Source: Octopus sinensis
Lineage: Eukaryota
Reading direction: 5' to 3'
NCBI RefSeq assembly: GCF_006345805.1
Contig: NC_042998.1
Location: 133,858,001 to 133,922,000, forward strand
DNA: 64,000 bases
Within the stretch, counting starts at the first letter, position 1. Each line of letters opens with the position of its first letter. Shown piece after piece: positions 39,916 through 53,874 of this stretch. The position numbers and the translations under genes are program-made. Below the pieces are notes generated by a model. That model worked only from the letters and a program-made list of their open reading frames with translations. It searched no databases and was not told the DNA's origin.

Positions 39916-40348
39916 CGGATCTTTTCGGTTTGTACGGCAGTTTTTTCTAGCGGTGTCATATGAAATTGTCACCCATAATTATGACCCTAGTATCGATCTA
40001 TTGCATTTCTATCTGTTTTAGGATTAGGGTTAGTTAGGGATAGTTAGGGTTAGGGATGGGGGTGTATCTTTTTTTCTTCGCAAATGTAAATAAACCCAAT
40101 CTGTTTCTTAAACGAGGGACGTATTCATACGGCACAGAATGTTTTCACCTCAATAGACGTATTTGATTGGTTGAAATTGCAGAAATTGAAGAAAAAAACA
40201 ACAAATATCTTACAAACTATAGAATTTTCTCAATAAAGCCGAGAGAAACAGATGTTTTATAAACACATTCTACCAGTATACGAAGTTTACAATTTTTTAG
40301 TTACCTAGAAATTCTGTTAAAAACTGCTGTTCAAACCGAAAAGATCCC
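39916..40348. mobile_element. MITE with ~30-bp TIRs and internal TTAGGG-like repeats
   Basis: GGATCTTTTCGGTTTGTACGGCAGTTTTT versus AAAAACTGCTGTTCAAACCGAAAAGATCC; TTAGGG units at ~40025-40055. Confidence 0.85.
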
Positions 40349-40875
40349 AGTATATATATGTTTGACCTTAGCCCAGCGGTGATTAACAGTGTTTCAACCG
40401 TGATCAACCCGTCCTATTTATATGTCCATCACTACATGAACCAATGTGTCCTTCCTTGTACAAAACATGGGATTTAAAGGAGATTTCGGCAGCTATCTCT
40501 CTAGCAAGAGTACAACAGCTTTGAATTGTTGTTCTTTTTCCCTTCATTAAATGGTAAATCGTGACAGCCATGCCATTAAAGCCGAACATTAACAACGTGA
40601 CTAAAGTGAAATGGCTGTGAACGGTTATTAAAAATGAGTCGCAAATTAGTTTCGTCGAGAGCTTTACGATTCTCGGGAATTCTATTTCATGGTGTTTGTT
40701 TGGTTAAGCTTATAATTATATCTTTAATGGCTCGAGGTAGATAAAAAAAACAAGGCATTACAGTAATGGAAATTATATAAATCTATGCAATATATAACAT
40801 GCAGAGAAAAACTTACGTAAAAAGTGTGAGTTAGTTCGCAACGAGAAAGCCTCTTTGCAATATTTAACTGAATCT

Positions 40876-41295
40876 AAGGCGGCGAGCTGGCAGACGTTAG
40901 AACGCCGAACAATGTTTTTAGCAACATTTCGTCCGTCTGTGTTCAACTTCCGCCGAGGTCGACTTTTCCATTCGTCTTTTCTGGGTCGATAAAATAAGAT
41001 CCAGTTGAACACTGGGCCGATGTAATCGACTTATCCTCCCCAACAAAATTGCTGGCCTTGAGCCAAAATTTGAAACAAATATTTAGCTGAATCCACGGTT
41101 GCCAACTGGCAGAACGGGCAAATTACTTAGTGACATTTCGTCCGTCTTTGCATTCTGAGTTCAAATTCCACCGCGGTCGACTTTGTCCTTCATCCTTTCT
41201 GTATCGACAGAATAAGTACCAGTTAAACACTGGGGTCAATGTAATGTCTTACCCTCTCCCCTGAAATTGCTAGCCCTGGACCAAAGTTTGAAATC
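40876..41295 (+). mobile_element. Head-to-tail dimer of SINE family A
   Basis: Two diverged copies delimited by three copies of a 16-bp sequence. Confidence 0.82.
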
Positions 41296-41805
41296 AAAAT
41301 TTAGCTGAATCGCGAAAGACTTCAATATAAAATTGTATAAAGAAAGTGTTCCTACTTGTTGGCTAATACCTTCAAAGCGAAATTTTGTCGACAAAAACTG
41401 TAGAACCCTGTCGTGTGTGTGTCTGAGAGAGAGAGGCAGAGGGAGATGGAGGGGGAAAGAAGAGAGGCGTGATGTGTGATGTGCACAATGAAGGGCGTGA
41501 GTGTGTGTTAGAGTACAGGACATGGCGGTGCATTCAACCTTTTGAGCACCGCACTTCGTTTCGCATTGTTTCAGTTTACTCAGTTATGAATGCGTGCCAG
41601 CCCGTTTACAGGTAGAATTCTTCTTCCTACCTACTGTCACGTGGTAGATATCTGCATGGTTAAGGATGAGGATTAGTGAAAGCTTGGAAGGTATTTTACT
41701 AAGACATACTTGCTTACAAGTGACGCCGGTTGTACTAAGATACAAAAAAAACGCACACAACCACACGCACACTTACATATAAACACTATATATCTAACTT
41801 ACATA

Positions 41806-42010
41806 AAGGCGGCGAGCTGGCAAAATCTTTAGCATGCCGGGCAAAATACTTGGCGACATTTTATTGGTCAGCATGTTCAATTTTTGCCGAGGTCGACTTT
41901 GCCTTTCATTTTTTCGGGGTCGATAAAATAGTACGAGTTGCGCACTGACTCGATATGTAATTGACTTACCCCCTTCCCCGAAATCTCTGACTTTGCTGAC
42001 AAAATGTGAC
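41806..42010 (+). mobile_element. SINE family A
   Basis: Head and core match. Confidence 0.85.
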
Positions 42011-42266
42011 ACCAATACTGTCGGGTGCCCGACATAAAACATATATTTGTGTGTGTATGTGTGTGTGTGTGTGTGAGTACACACACTCACATGCATGTTC
42101 ATCCAACCTCCTCATTCTATATCGAGTGAAAAACGGTATGGACGCTTTGTTTTTGCTTCGGTGTCTCGCTCTGCTGTATACGAATATGAGGATTTGCATC
42201 CCCAACGAAAATCGTCTTTTTCCCAAACTTATAATGTAATACATGTCCTTGGCGTGGTAATTGTGC

Positions 42267-42354
42267 GCGGCTGATGAAGGCTATTGACATACATATTACA
42301 TCAATTATGCATTGATATAAACTGTCTAATAAAGGCCAGAAACATATGTACCGC
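42267..42354 (+). ncRNA. Type I hammerhead ribozyme with long stem II
   Basis: GCGG-CTGATGA(42271-42277)-A-GGC.TATT.GACA..ATCAAT/ATTGAT..TGTC.AATA.GCC-A-GAAA-CATATG-TA|CCGC; GUA site after 42350. Confidence 0.85.
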
Positions 42355-42480
42355 TAAATCCTTTGCATCCTGTTTTTCTTTTGATAAATATATTCTATTA
42401 CCTACACCACTAACTGGCATATACAGGTGCTTACAGTTTAAGTATTCACCCTGAATTTATAATATATATACATTCACACA

Positions 42481-42546
<66 letters not shown>

Positions 42547-43184
42547 TATAATATATTATATATATAGTATATATTACATATATATATATATATACATACA
42601 CATATATATAGCTCAGGAAATGACTGCGAGTGGCCAGTGGTAGGAATCGGGACAACGAATTCAAAGAAAGATTAGTTATCAAACAACTTAAATTCTAGAT
42701 TTACTGAAGTTATCTTTGCTTATAGAAAACCAAAACAAACATAACTGCAGCCGACTCCAAATTAGAAGGGGAGATAATCTCCAAACATCAACACAGCCTA
42801 CTGAATTAATATGCCATTAACAAATGACAACCTGTTCTTTTTTTGTGCATTTGTGATTTTTTTTATATCTAAGAACAAAAAGTCGACAGTAACCACGTAT
42901 TTCTGTCTCAGTGGGCGTCATCAGCACAGCGTTACCCAATCTTCATTTCACCGAGACATAAACCTTACACAGACAAAAACAGTAAAGAATACTAGCGCAA
43001 TACGCATAATTAAAACAAAAATTAGTTCAGAGAAGTAATTGAGAATGGCGTGTAGTATGAATTTATGACAGCAAAGATGAAATAAGGTATTCTAAATGCC
43101 GTGTTATATACACATATAGTTTACCCATCGCATTTGCAGGTGAAAATGACCTAATAGCGTTAACCATGCTTCCGCTAATTGTTT

Positions 43185-43420
43185 AAGTTGCTTATATGGT
43201 CGTGAGCATACATAGACAACATCTCAGCATTACCACCCTTGATCTGGTGGAAATTGGAGGATGTAACAGCTGGAGGGAGAGAAGACTGCACAGCACAGGA
43301 ATAGAACTCATTTTCAGCAGAGTAGACTGGAGCAACCAGGAGTGATGTGCCTTGCTGGTACAACTTGATGCCTGATCCAAGAATCGAACCCACGATCTTG
43401 TGATCATGAGTTCAACTTTA
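43185..43420 (-). mobile_element. tRNA-derived SINE family C (diverged)
   Basis: The reverse complement has GGGTTCGATTC and TTGCTCCAGTC.ACTC.GCTGAAAATGAGT, as in 53875 and 60826. Confidence 0.65.
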
Positions 43421-43585
43421 CTTTCTAACTACTCGTGCTTATTCAACTTGCCTTATGGACAGTGAAAGAATGCTTGTGATGCATCGGGCGCTAATAATTA
43501 TTAGTTAAAATATTGAAATGATTATAATCATTTCAATATATTAGCGGGCATTGTGGTTGGTTTAATTTTTGGGTATTTCTCTAGC

Positions 43586-44005
43586 TTTTATTTGTTTCAG
43601 TCATTACACTGCCGCCATGCTGGGGCACCACCTTGAATAGTTTTATGGTCGAATGAATCAACTCCAATACTTTTTCTAAACCGGGTACTTATTTTATCGA
43701 TTTCTTATGCTGACCCGCTATAATACGTAAACGCACCAACACCGGTTGTAAAGCGGTGGCGGAAGACGGACAAACACTCACACACGCACACACACTCACA
43801 CACATACACACACACATACACATATGCGTGCGTGTGTGTTTATACGACGGGCTTCTTTCAGTTTCCGCCAACCAAATATACGCATATAGCTTTGGTCGGC
43901 CCGAAGCTATAATAGAAATCACTTGCCGAAGGTGCTACGCAATGGGACTGAACCCTGAACCATGTGCTTGGGAAGCAATCATTTTACCACACGGCCACGC
44001 CTGCG
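43586..44005 (-). mobile_element. SINE family B (diverged)
   Basis: Full-length similarity. Confidence 0.85.
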
Positions 44006-44214
44006 TCTTCTGTATATTATCTCATGTAGTTTCTGTTACTTCGGTCACTGGAATACTGTTAAACAGACTTTCTATGAGCAAAGTGGAAACTTTTTTGTAT
44101 GAATGTGTTTTATAATTCTCCGACGTACATTGCCTGATACAGTAATTCATTGTTTAGTGATCTTGTGTTGTGTTACCGTATTCGTTTCACAATTTATGGG
44201 TGGGAAGTTGTTTT

Positions 44215-44560
44215 CACATCTCCAATCGGGTTTCGTCAACCCTTTTTAACCATTGGACATGGCAAAAAATGAATGGCAAATCTTGATCGGAGGTGTGGTG
44301 TGTGGGCATGAGGCAGTTACTTGTTTGCATATATGGCAAATGAGACCTGCGTGACTCCACGACTTGAATGGTGCTAATGATCTCGAAATGGATCGATTAT
44401 GCGAGGCCTCACATCAGTAAAAAGGGCGTTGTAAAGGGAATTGTAAAGCAGTTGAGAGGAAGACCGCGAAACAGTGCGCATTCTCTCCTGATGATCCCTG
44501 AAACCTACTAGTGTCTGGTATGAGGAAGTTTTCGATCGACAGCACTTGCACAAGCAGACT
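44215..44560 (-). mobile_element. Possible RTE-type LINE C-terminal relic
   Basis: Weak: IDP..E and S.AGLICH-like motifs in a GC-elevated patch. Confidence 0.3.
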
Positions 44561-45439
44561 GTTTCCAAGTTTCATATTTTTACTGCTCCTGTGCCGTGGT
44601 AAACTCTCTGCTTGTCGACATTATTAACATTTATAATTCTATTTTTGTAATATATTTGCTTTTATCCATGGATACATACATATTACTCTTGTTCTTTTAT
44701 ATATTACGATGCTGTCTTTATCTTTTAAATCTTGTAGAACCTATTTCAGTTTCGTGTTGAGTGGTTATTGTACAATGAATTTATTTTTATAACACCCTAC
44801 TCAGAGTAAGTCTTGAATTTCATCTTCTTTATTTCTGGGTTGTTGTTTTTTTTTTCTACTCTGATATTCTACAGGATTGGGTAGAGTAAAACGAGTTCGA
44901 CAGTTTTCGGGTTTGGTCATATTATCCTTGTAATTGGAAGATAGTATCGACTCTAAAAATAGGCAACTAGACGAATGCAATAGTCATAGCAGAGTACTGT
45001 GCCAAAGTAAGCATACAGATAGCATAAACTACTCATAAGCAAAAAGCATACACTCATTGACTAATGATGTATAAACTCATTCATATTCCGGTGGTATATG
45101 TCAAAAATCAATGATGTTGAGCCTGCAACACGCACCAATATCACTTCATCCAGAAGATGGGACAAGTTGATGATATATTTGGAAAGTTTATTGTTGCAAA
45201 CAAACTATATCTCACACGAAAATATGAAAAAAAAGAAAATTGATAAAAAGAGAGTCATGATTTCAACATGTGTGTGTATGTTCATGCGCGTGCGTGTGTG
45301 CGTGTGTACGTGTGTGCGTGTGTGTGTGCGTGTGTGCGCGCGTGTGTGTGACTGTGTGTGTGTGTGTGTGTGTGTGCGTGCGTGAGGTGTGTGCGTGTGT
45401 GTTAAAATCATGACTATATATATGCCTTCCTCTCTTGAT

Positions 45440-46292
45440 GAAGCTGGCTTCTGCATCAGTATCACTGGACAATGAAACAAATCAAGATGTGGATGTGATG
45501 TATCTCGATTTTGCAAAGGCTTTTGATAAAATTGGTCACAGGGTATGTCAAAAGCTACGTGGATTCAGCACAGTTAGTAAACTGGGAGATAGGTTACATG
45601 ACTTCTTACAAAACCGAAGCCAGGCTGTAGCAGCTAATAGCGCCCTCGGGAGACATGAATAGCGAGTGGAATACTTCAGGAAACTGTCTCAGAGCCGCTG
45701 TTGTTCGTGGAGGCTCTCTTGAACACGTTATCAGTTACACAGCCAGCCACACTTACTAGCTATGTTGATGATATAAAAGTAGTACGAGGAGTCAAGGACC
45801 CTCTAGCGGCTAATCTTCAACGGAAAGATCTAGATACTGTGTATAATTTGTAATTTAATGCAGGAAAATTCCAAACCCCCCGCTTTCAGCCAGCTTGCGC
45901 TAACGCACTGCAACCAATATTCTTCGGACCAAAAACGAGTGACAATCCTAGAGAATATACAGTTCGTAGCATGACAATTGATGAGAATGATGATACCTCG
46001 TTCCATGCACATATCACCAAGAAGGCAGAAATGTACATGCGAATGGCCAGATGGATTCTGAGAATTTTCCGAACAACGGACCAGGAAACTATATTATTCC
46101 TATGGAGGACATTTGTCTTCAGTCGTCTGGACTACTGCTCTTAATTATGGTCACCCCACAGTGACAAATTAATAGTGGAACTCGAGGTTGTTCTGCAGGG
46201 CTACACCAAAATGATTGCGTGAATGAAATACTTGACCTGCTGTAAGAGAATTACGACTCTGCTCCTTTGAGTGAAGACGGGATATATGCGAT

Positions 46293-46323
<31 letters not shown>

Positions 46324-46490
46324 GGTCACAGAGGGGCTGACACCAAACTTTGGCATGAGAGTTAGACCAGCCTCCGAACAGATCACCACTGCACTGTTAC
46401 AAAGGTCTCACCCATCTCGTCTAGAATGAGGACCAGATACTACAATAACTTTGGATTCAAAGACCAACAGCTATTTAACATCTTGCCAAA
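45440..46490 (+). mobile_element. Decayed CR1/L2-type LINE RT fragment
   Basis: DVMYLDFAKAFDKI, SGILQETV..PLLFV, YVDDIK, FNAGKFQ, RLDYCS*LWSP and QLFNILPK; multiple stops, frameshifts and an inserted (AT)n. Confidence 0.88.
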
Positions 46491-46729
46491 TATATATATA
46501 TATATATATTATTCCATGGGCTCCTCGTGAGCGTTTGTCGAACAGCTTGCTGTGCATTTTGTTGGAGAATTAAGTTCCTGGATTTTCCTGAAGAGAAGGC
46601 TGCAAAATGGACTCCTTATTCAATCCGAATTAGGGACTTTGCAGCCTTTGAAACATATGTAGAAAATAATAAAAAGGAATTTTGTTAAGTCTTCGTTCAG
46701 CTCCATTTCTTCTACACTATATATATATA

Positions 46730-46774
<45 letters not shown>

Positions 46775-46777
<3 letters not shown>

Positions 46778-46968
46778 AAAGTTTACGAAAAAAACAAAAG
46801 ACGAAGACATGTGGTGTACAAAACAAACAGATGCATTAGTATAACGCTCAGGAATAGAAAAGGTCTTTTGCGTTTCGAGTCTACGCTCTTCTACAGAAAG
46901 GTACACAAAAAAAGCAAGGAGAGAAACAAGGAGAGGAAAAAAATGTGTATAGTGGCTAACGATCTGTC
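46775..46968 (-). mobile_element. Family E element with a hammerhead-like motif at 46865-46900
   Basis: Minus strand: CTTT-CTGTAGAA-GAG cgtaga CTC-GAAA-CG-CA|AAAG; preceded by (AT)n. Confidence 0.8.
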
Positions 46969-46982
46969 ACATATATATGTAC

Positions 46983-47017
<35 letters not shown>

Positions 47018-47184
47018 GAGGGATTGTAAAAATACTGAAGAAAAGCATTTTTTTATATACATGTGTGCACAAGCGCATACGTGATTGTGCGCATTCGATA
47101 GCGTAAGTAGATGAGCAGAAAAGAAAAATGTGTGAGAACAAGCAGTAAAGAGATATGGCTAAAGATAGATAGTTAAATAGCTAG

Positions 47185-47433
47185 AGTGAGACAGAGAGAG
47201 AGAGGGGAGAGGGGGGTGAGACAGACAGACAGGCAAACAGACAGACACAGACAGTGACATAGGCAGGCAGACAGGCAGGCAGGCAGGCAGGCAGATGGAG
47301 AAAGGGAGGGAGGGAGGGAGGGAGGAAGGAAGGAAGGAAGGAGAAGGAAGGAAGGAAGGAAGGAAAGATCTGCCCTGACACAAAGAAATAAAATAAGAAA
47401 GAAAGAAGAAAGAAAGAAAGAAAGAAAGAAAAA

Positions 47434-47485
<52 letters not shown>

Positions 47486-47490
47486 AAAAA
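47185..47490. repeat. Purine-rich compound microsatellite (GACA/GGCA/GGAA/GAAA)
   Basis: Direct. Confidence 0.9.
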
Positions 47491-47818
47491 GTGAAAATGA
47501 GAGGACAGCCGCTGCTACCAAGTGCTAGATAAGAAAACTAAACAACAATCTATATTTCCTTTACACTTTGTCATTCACGATTTACTGTAGCAATTACATA
47601 AATTATTCAGCAAGTTATTTTGTTACTTATGATGTATATCATAATTGCAGTGTCATTTTGATAATAGTTATATATACATTGAACATATTTAAGAAACATA
47701 TTGGCAAAGAAATAGGAAAAGAAAAACAAAAAGAAATGTTGAAATTAATGCCGAACGATTGTCGACTGTGCCACGTTGTGATTGATCCTGTAAATCTAAT
47801 ATGCGTACGTTTGTACGT

Positions 47819-47819
<1 letters not shown>

Positions 47820-47859
<40 letters not shown>

Positions 47860-47904
47860 TATGTATGTGTGTGTACAAACATGCATACTTTGTGTTGCAT
47901 GAGC

Positions 47905-47969
<65 letters not shown>

Positions 47970-48029
47970 GTATGATGTATGTATGTATGTATGTATGTAT
48001 GTATGTATGTTTGTATGTATGTATGCATG

Positions 48030-48083
<54 letters not shown>

Positions 48084-48266
48084 TATGTATATATATATAT
48101 ATATATATACATATATAGATATAAATATATATATTTTTAATATACATATATATACATGTATGTATGTATATACACATATATTTATATATATTATATATAT
48201 ATATATATGTATATATATACATACATGTATATATGTATATACATATACACATATATGTATGTATGC

Positions 48267-48297
<31 letters not shown>

Positions 48298-48300
48298 TAT

Positions 48301-48338
<38 letters not shown>

Positions 48339-48390
48339 CATTTATTATATATGTATATACATATACACATATATGAATGTATGCATGTAT

Positions 48391-48460
<70 letters not shown>

Positions 48461-48489
48461 TACATGCAGATACATATATGTATGTCATG

Positions 48490-48523
<34 letters not shown>

Positions 48524-48585
48524 TGTATGTATTTATGTTTGTATGTATGTATGTATGCATGTATGTATGTGTGCGTGTATATAAT
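47820..48585. repeat. Long (TA)n/(TATG)n compound microsatellite
   Basis: Direct; source of the 310-aa YI-repeat pseudo-ORF. Confidence 0.95.
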
Positions 48586-49049
48586 TAGGCGGTGTACATT
48601 ACTCTCATTATACGGATACAATATACGGAAATCGTATAAAATACATACTTTAATGTCATACAGCTGAAATTATATTAACACATTTATAAGCCATAATTAA
48701 TATTGACAAATTCTATTGACACATTTACAAGCCAGAATTAAGTGGATGCTACTGATACTATTATTAAATGTTAAGTATGTTATTTAATTTTAATATTCAT
48801 AATATCAATTTGCATTTAGCAGACATATATAAAATTGTCATTTGCTTTTGGCATTCATTGTTCTGCGCAGTATACAAGCTTTGAAACGTGGTATATATTA
48901 TGTTGTTTTTTTGTTGTTGTTTTTTGTTTTTTTGTTTTTTTCTTGCTGGTACGCCTTAGTTTTCTGGTGTTTCAAATGCGTGAATCTCTTGCGTCCAGAG
49001 ATCGATGAATTTGTTGTATCCCAGTTCAAAGGTTTTCAGCGATATTAAA

Positions 49050-49452
<403 letters not shown>

Positions 49453-51632
49453 AATTGTCATTGGTTTATGGTGACCATTGTTGAGTGCAATGTAGGCAGC
49501 TTAGAAGCTGTATGCATGTTTTTCTTGGTATACGCAAATGGCTTTCTGGACTATCGAATATCTAAATCTCCTGAGTCCACATATCGATAAATGTGAATCC
49601 TATTTCAAAAGTTTTTCAGAGCTATTGAAGATACTACCTTCAGGATCTTTGGATGCCTTTGAACTACGATCCGAATTCAAAACAAGTTCTTGCACGAGTT
49701 ATGGAACCGGCTGAGTTACTGTATGTTCCCCAGACACTGTTTTCTCTGTTGCTAGACATTAGACGTTAACTCTTTGAAACACCGTCAAAATTTGTTTAAA
49801 AGTCTATGAAATCAGTACAGAAAACAGACACAAAGGAAGTAAATAAAATCAAACTCTCTAAATGCAACATTTCAAATGGCGGACCTAACAAAAATATCAA
49901 GGTGAAAAACAATAGATTTGAAAAAATAAGTCTTTGGAACACTCTTCAGAGATAAATAGTATAATTTAGTAAATTGATACTGATACAAGAAACTATAAAG
50001 ATAATTATGACTATGATCAATATGGGGACGGTAGTGGTGATAATGATGATGATGATTGGCTCACAACAATAAATTTTATCGAGTTCATCAATTACGTTTT
50101 ATTCTGATATAATTTTTTTTTTTTTTTTTGCCTAGAGCGACATACAAACAGACTTCGTCTCACAATATTTGAATTTATAACGAATTGAATTAACTAAATA
50201 CTTTAGTCCAACATTCTAACATTTTCGAGAACTGCAACAGCGAAAAGTTCAAACTTTGGTAAATGCCCTAATATTCATAGTAAAGTGTATTGTCTATGAA
50301 ACTGCTAATTACTTCATGAACTGCTAATTACTTCATGAAACTCAGAAGGGAAAAAAAGTAAAGTAAACCCTTGTTGGATTTGAACGCAGAACATAAAACA
50401 GCAAAACTCAGAAACTACATGTATCTAAACTTAGACACCACCCAGTTCTACACTTTTCTTACCAGTGCACTGAAACAAGATCACAAAATTTATAGAGGAG
50501 GGGGTGTGGTCGACACTATTACGTGCCAGATACTCGTTTTATTGACTCCCGAAAGAATGAGATGAACGTTCGATAGGGATAGGATTTGAACGCAGGAACC
50601 TTGGGAATAAAATTAAAGTTGTTTAGTTCGACATTTATTCAAACCGGCAATATAGGATGTTGTTCATTTCACAACCTTTAAAGAGAAATCTAATTTCTTC
50701 ATATTCGTAGCATTTCTTCTAATTTTCTAGCTAAATTTCCCCCTATTCTATTTTTCTCTATCGCTACGCACTTACTATACCTAATTGAATCTAATCTAAT
50801 CACCCTATTAAAAGTAAATTACAATTTATTGTTGACAATTGCCTCCGTCAACGCTCGCATAATGAATTCACTAAACCGGCCTCTGTACACTTGGCACGCC
50901 GGAATCGAAACGTTTAGCTTCCAGTAACCGGTTCCTTACCTACGGAGCCTGTCTACATCGACCGTACAAATTATAAATTTATGTGGCGTCGGCAACAGAG
51001 GAAATCTTTCTACATTTGTTCTTTTTTTTTTGCAGATGGTTTGCGTCTCCACATATCGGGCATCTAGATCGTCTACCCCTAATCGCTATAAAGAGTTACT
51101 ACCATTTTGAAGGTTTATCAAGTGAGGGATGGCCTCCATGCTTCTTGATCGGTTGGATTAATAGTTCCATCCATTTGGCTAACCAATTTCCCTTTCCCAG
51201 TCTGTGGACTTGCAAAATAGTCAATTCTTTTCTATGCCTTATATTATGGCTGCCAAAAGCAAGTCGATATGTGATGGTAAAGTTGCTTTCACGTTTCTTT
51301 TCATTTGTATTGTTGCCATTGTTGTCATTGCTGTTGATATCTATCAATTCTCAGCATGTTGTGACGACGAACAGTATTCAAAGCGGCTCTTCCAAGAGCC
51401 ATCAGTTCTCTCGATTTGAGAAGCTATATTTTTTTTTAAATAAGTAACTTTGCAATTAAAAGTTACAGAATTCGTTCAGAAAAGACGAAAATTCCACAAA
51501 GCCAACTAGCCTCAGAGAATGTTGACTGACTTATAACAAATGGCACAACAAAACCAAACTAACTTTCTTCAAAACAACAAACTTTAATAACAACTTACAA
51601 GCTCCAAAATGACGTCTTTCCCTTGCAAAAGC

Positions 51633-51678
<46 letters not shown>

Positions 51679-52275
51679 TAATAATAATAATAATAATAAT
51701 AATTACAAAAACAACAACACCCATAATAATAATTTCTTAACCAGGCATGTGGGTACTAGTTAGTGAACTGCTGGCAGAGATATGATTATTTCCGGTCTTG
51801 TTGTTTATGAAGAGACGGGAAACTTAATAAGTATTGGAGCGGCTTCTGATATTTCCATTTCTTATATCCACAGGCACACACATACAAATTCACACACACA
51901 CACACACACACCTGTATGCATGCTTATACATAGATGTATATACATACATGCGTACTCACACACACACACACACACGCGCTTATATATATATATATATACA
52001 TACACACACATATGTATACACACACACACACACACACGATATTTTGCATTGTTAGTGCCAAATTAGTCCTTATTATCTCTAATATCAATTATATTAAATC
52101 TTAGCCGTCAATTTATATATGTGTGGGGTAGGGTGCGTGCGTTTGCTTGTATGAATATGATATGTATGCGTGTATGTATGTATGTATGTATGTATGTATG
52201 TATGTATGTATGTATGTACGTGTGTGTGTATGTAAGGACAGGAAATAGAAGAGTATGCCTAAAATTATGTACATC

Positions 52276-52500
52276 AGTGGTTCTCAACCAGGGTTCATAT
52301 AGACCCCGAGAATCCATATAAGATTTTATGGACTTTACGCAAAAAAATAGTAAAAATTAGGGATCCACGATAGTATTTTAAGAACCCCTGAAAAACTTTT
52401 TCTTTAGATGTATGTATTCGTATGTATTGCAAGAAAACAGCTGGGATTCTTCTCTAACATTTTACATAGTTCAACGTTCACAAGTTATTGTGTGAAAAAC
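52276..52500 (+). mobile_element. hAT-like MITE left end
   Basis: CAGTGGTTCTCAACC TIR; no right TIR seen. Confidence 0.45.
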
Positions 52501-52654
52501 AAAATAGGAATATGATCAAAATTATTGTTAAAGACACGAAATTGCGGCTGACCTTCTAGCCGATAACTGATGAGGATTTGGTGACCTTCTGCGTCTGTTT
52601 TGTTTGTGTATTATATGTTTTTTAAACTTATTATCTATATTTTTAACATTTTTT

Positions 52655-52929
52655 CTTTTACTCTTCTCAGCCATTTGACTGCGGGTATGCTGGAGCACTG
52701 CCTTTAGTCCAGCAATTCGATCCAAGCACTTACTTTTTAAAAGCCTAGTACTTATTCTATTGGTCACTTTTGCCGAACTACTAAGTGGCGGGGGCGTAAA
52801 CGCGCCAGCCTCGGTTGTCAAGCGATGTTAGGGGGACAAACACAGATCACACAAGCATATGCAAACACACGCACACGCACGCATACACACACACACACAC
52901 ACACACACAACACACACACACCCACACAC

Positions 52930-52978
<49 letters not shown>

Positions 52979-53143
52979 TATGAAGGCTTCTTTCAGTTTC
53001 CGTCTACCAAATCCACTCACAAGGCTTTGGTCGGCCCGAGCCTATCGAAGAAGAGACTTGCCCAAGGTGTCACGGAGTGGGACTAAACCCGGAACCATGT
53101 GGCTGGTAAGCAAGTTTCTTGCCACACAGCCACTCATGCACCT
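52655..53143 (-). mobile_element. SINE family B
   Basis: Full-length match. Confidence 0.88.
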
Positions 53144-53202
53144 ATATATATGTGTGTGTGTGTGTGTGTGTACATACATACACACATTCATACATACATA
53201 CA

Positions 53203-53234
<32 letters not shown>

Positions 53235-53340
53235 CATACATACATACATACATATATGTACATATATATATACATACATGTATATATAATTCGTATATTG
53301 TATTTATATATATATGTATTTATGTTTCTTTTCTGCGTGT

Positions 53341-53399
53341 ATTCTACTGACGAGGCAAAGCATTCCTAAATGCAAAGTCAGAAATCCGGGATCTAGAAT
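53341..53399 (+). ncRNA. Type I hammerhead ribozyme, compact and apparently intact
   Basis: ATTCTA-CTGACGA-GGC aaa GCATT ccta AATGC aaa GTC-A-GAAA-TCCGGGA-TC|TAGAAT. Perfect 6-bp stem I; AUC site after 53393. Confidence 0.87.
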
Positions 53400-53874
53400 T
53401 ATCCAGTAATTTTTTACTAGCTTCATCTTATCTCTTTGTTTTCTCTCTGTGTTTGCGATATTGACAACTAAGGTGGTTTTAGAGTCGAATCATTATTACA
53501 TAACCAGGGGGTCAGCCATGTATAACCTAATAGCAATGCGTGGCGACGTTTAAAGAAAATCAGAATTGGTTCTTGTGTTTGCAATGCTTTATCATATTAA
53601 AAAAAACCCTCTCCAATGTGAATTTCTTGGTGTGACTACAGAGAAGTTGATAAACTTGTAAGAGATATTCTGGGACGTTATATCCCACACAATGTGTATG
53701 TGTCTGCTTATATACGTATGTATGTGTGTGTAATTGTATGTATTGTATGTATGTATGTATGTATGTATGTATGTATGTATGTATGTATGTATGTATGCAT
53801 GTATGCATGCATGCATGCATGCATGTATGTATATATATGTGTATGTGTTTATATTTATATATATATATATGTGT

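Noticed and set aside
40025-40055. True telomere or chromosome end
   Set aside because: Only a few degenerate units, enclosed within a MITE.
42885-42930. CTGATGA...GAAATACGTG on the minus strand
   Set aside because: No stem II pairing, and stem I is not adjacent to the core.
44483-44510. CTGATGATCCCTGAAACC
   Set aside because: No helices; a chance core match.
50880-50925. CCGGC/GCCGG hairpin followed by GAAACGTT
   Set aside because: No CUGANGA core upstream.
51036-51276. Possible exon after a strong T10-GCAG acceptor, with a GTAAAG donor
   Set aside because: The open frame has an unconvincing composition and no recognisable domain; unsupported without transcripts.
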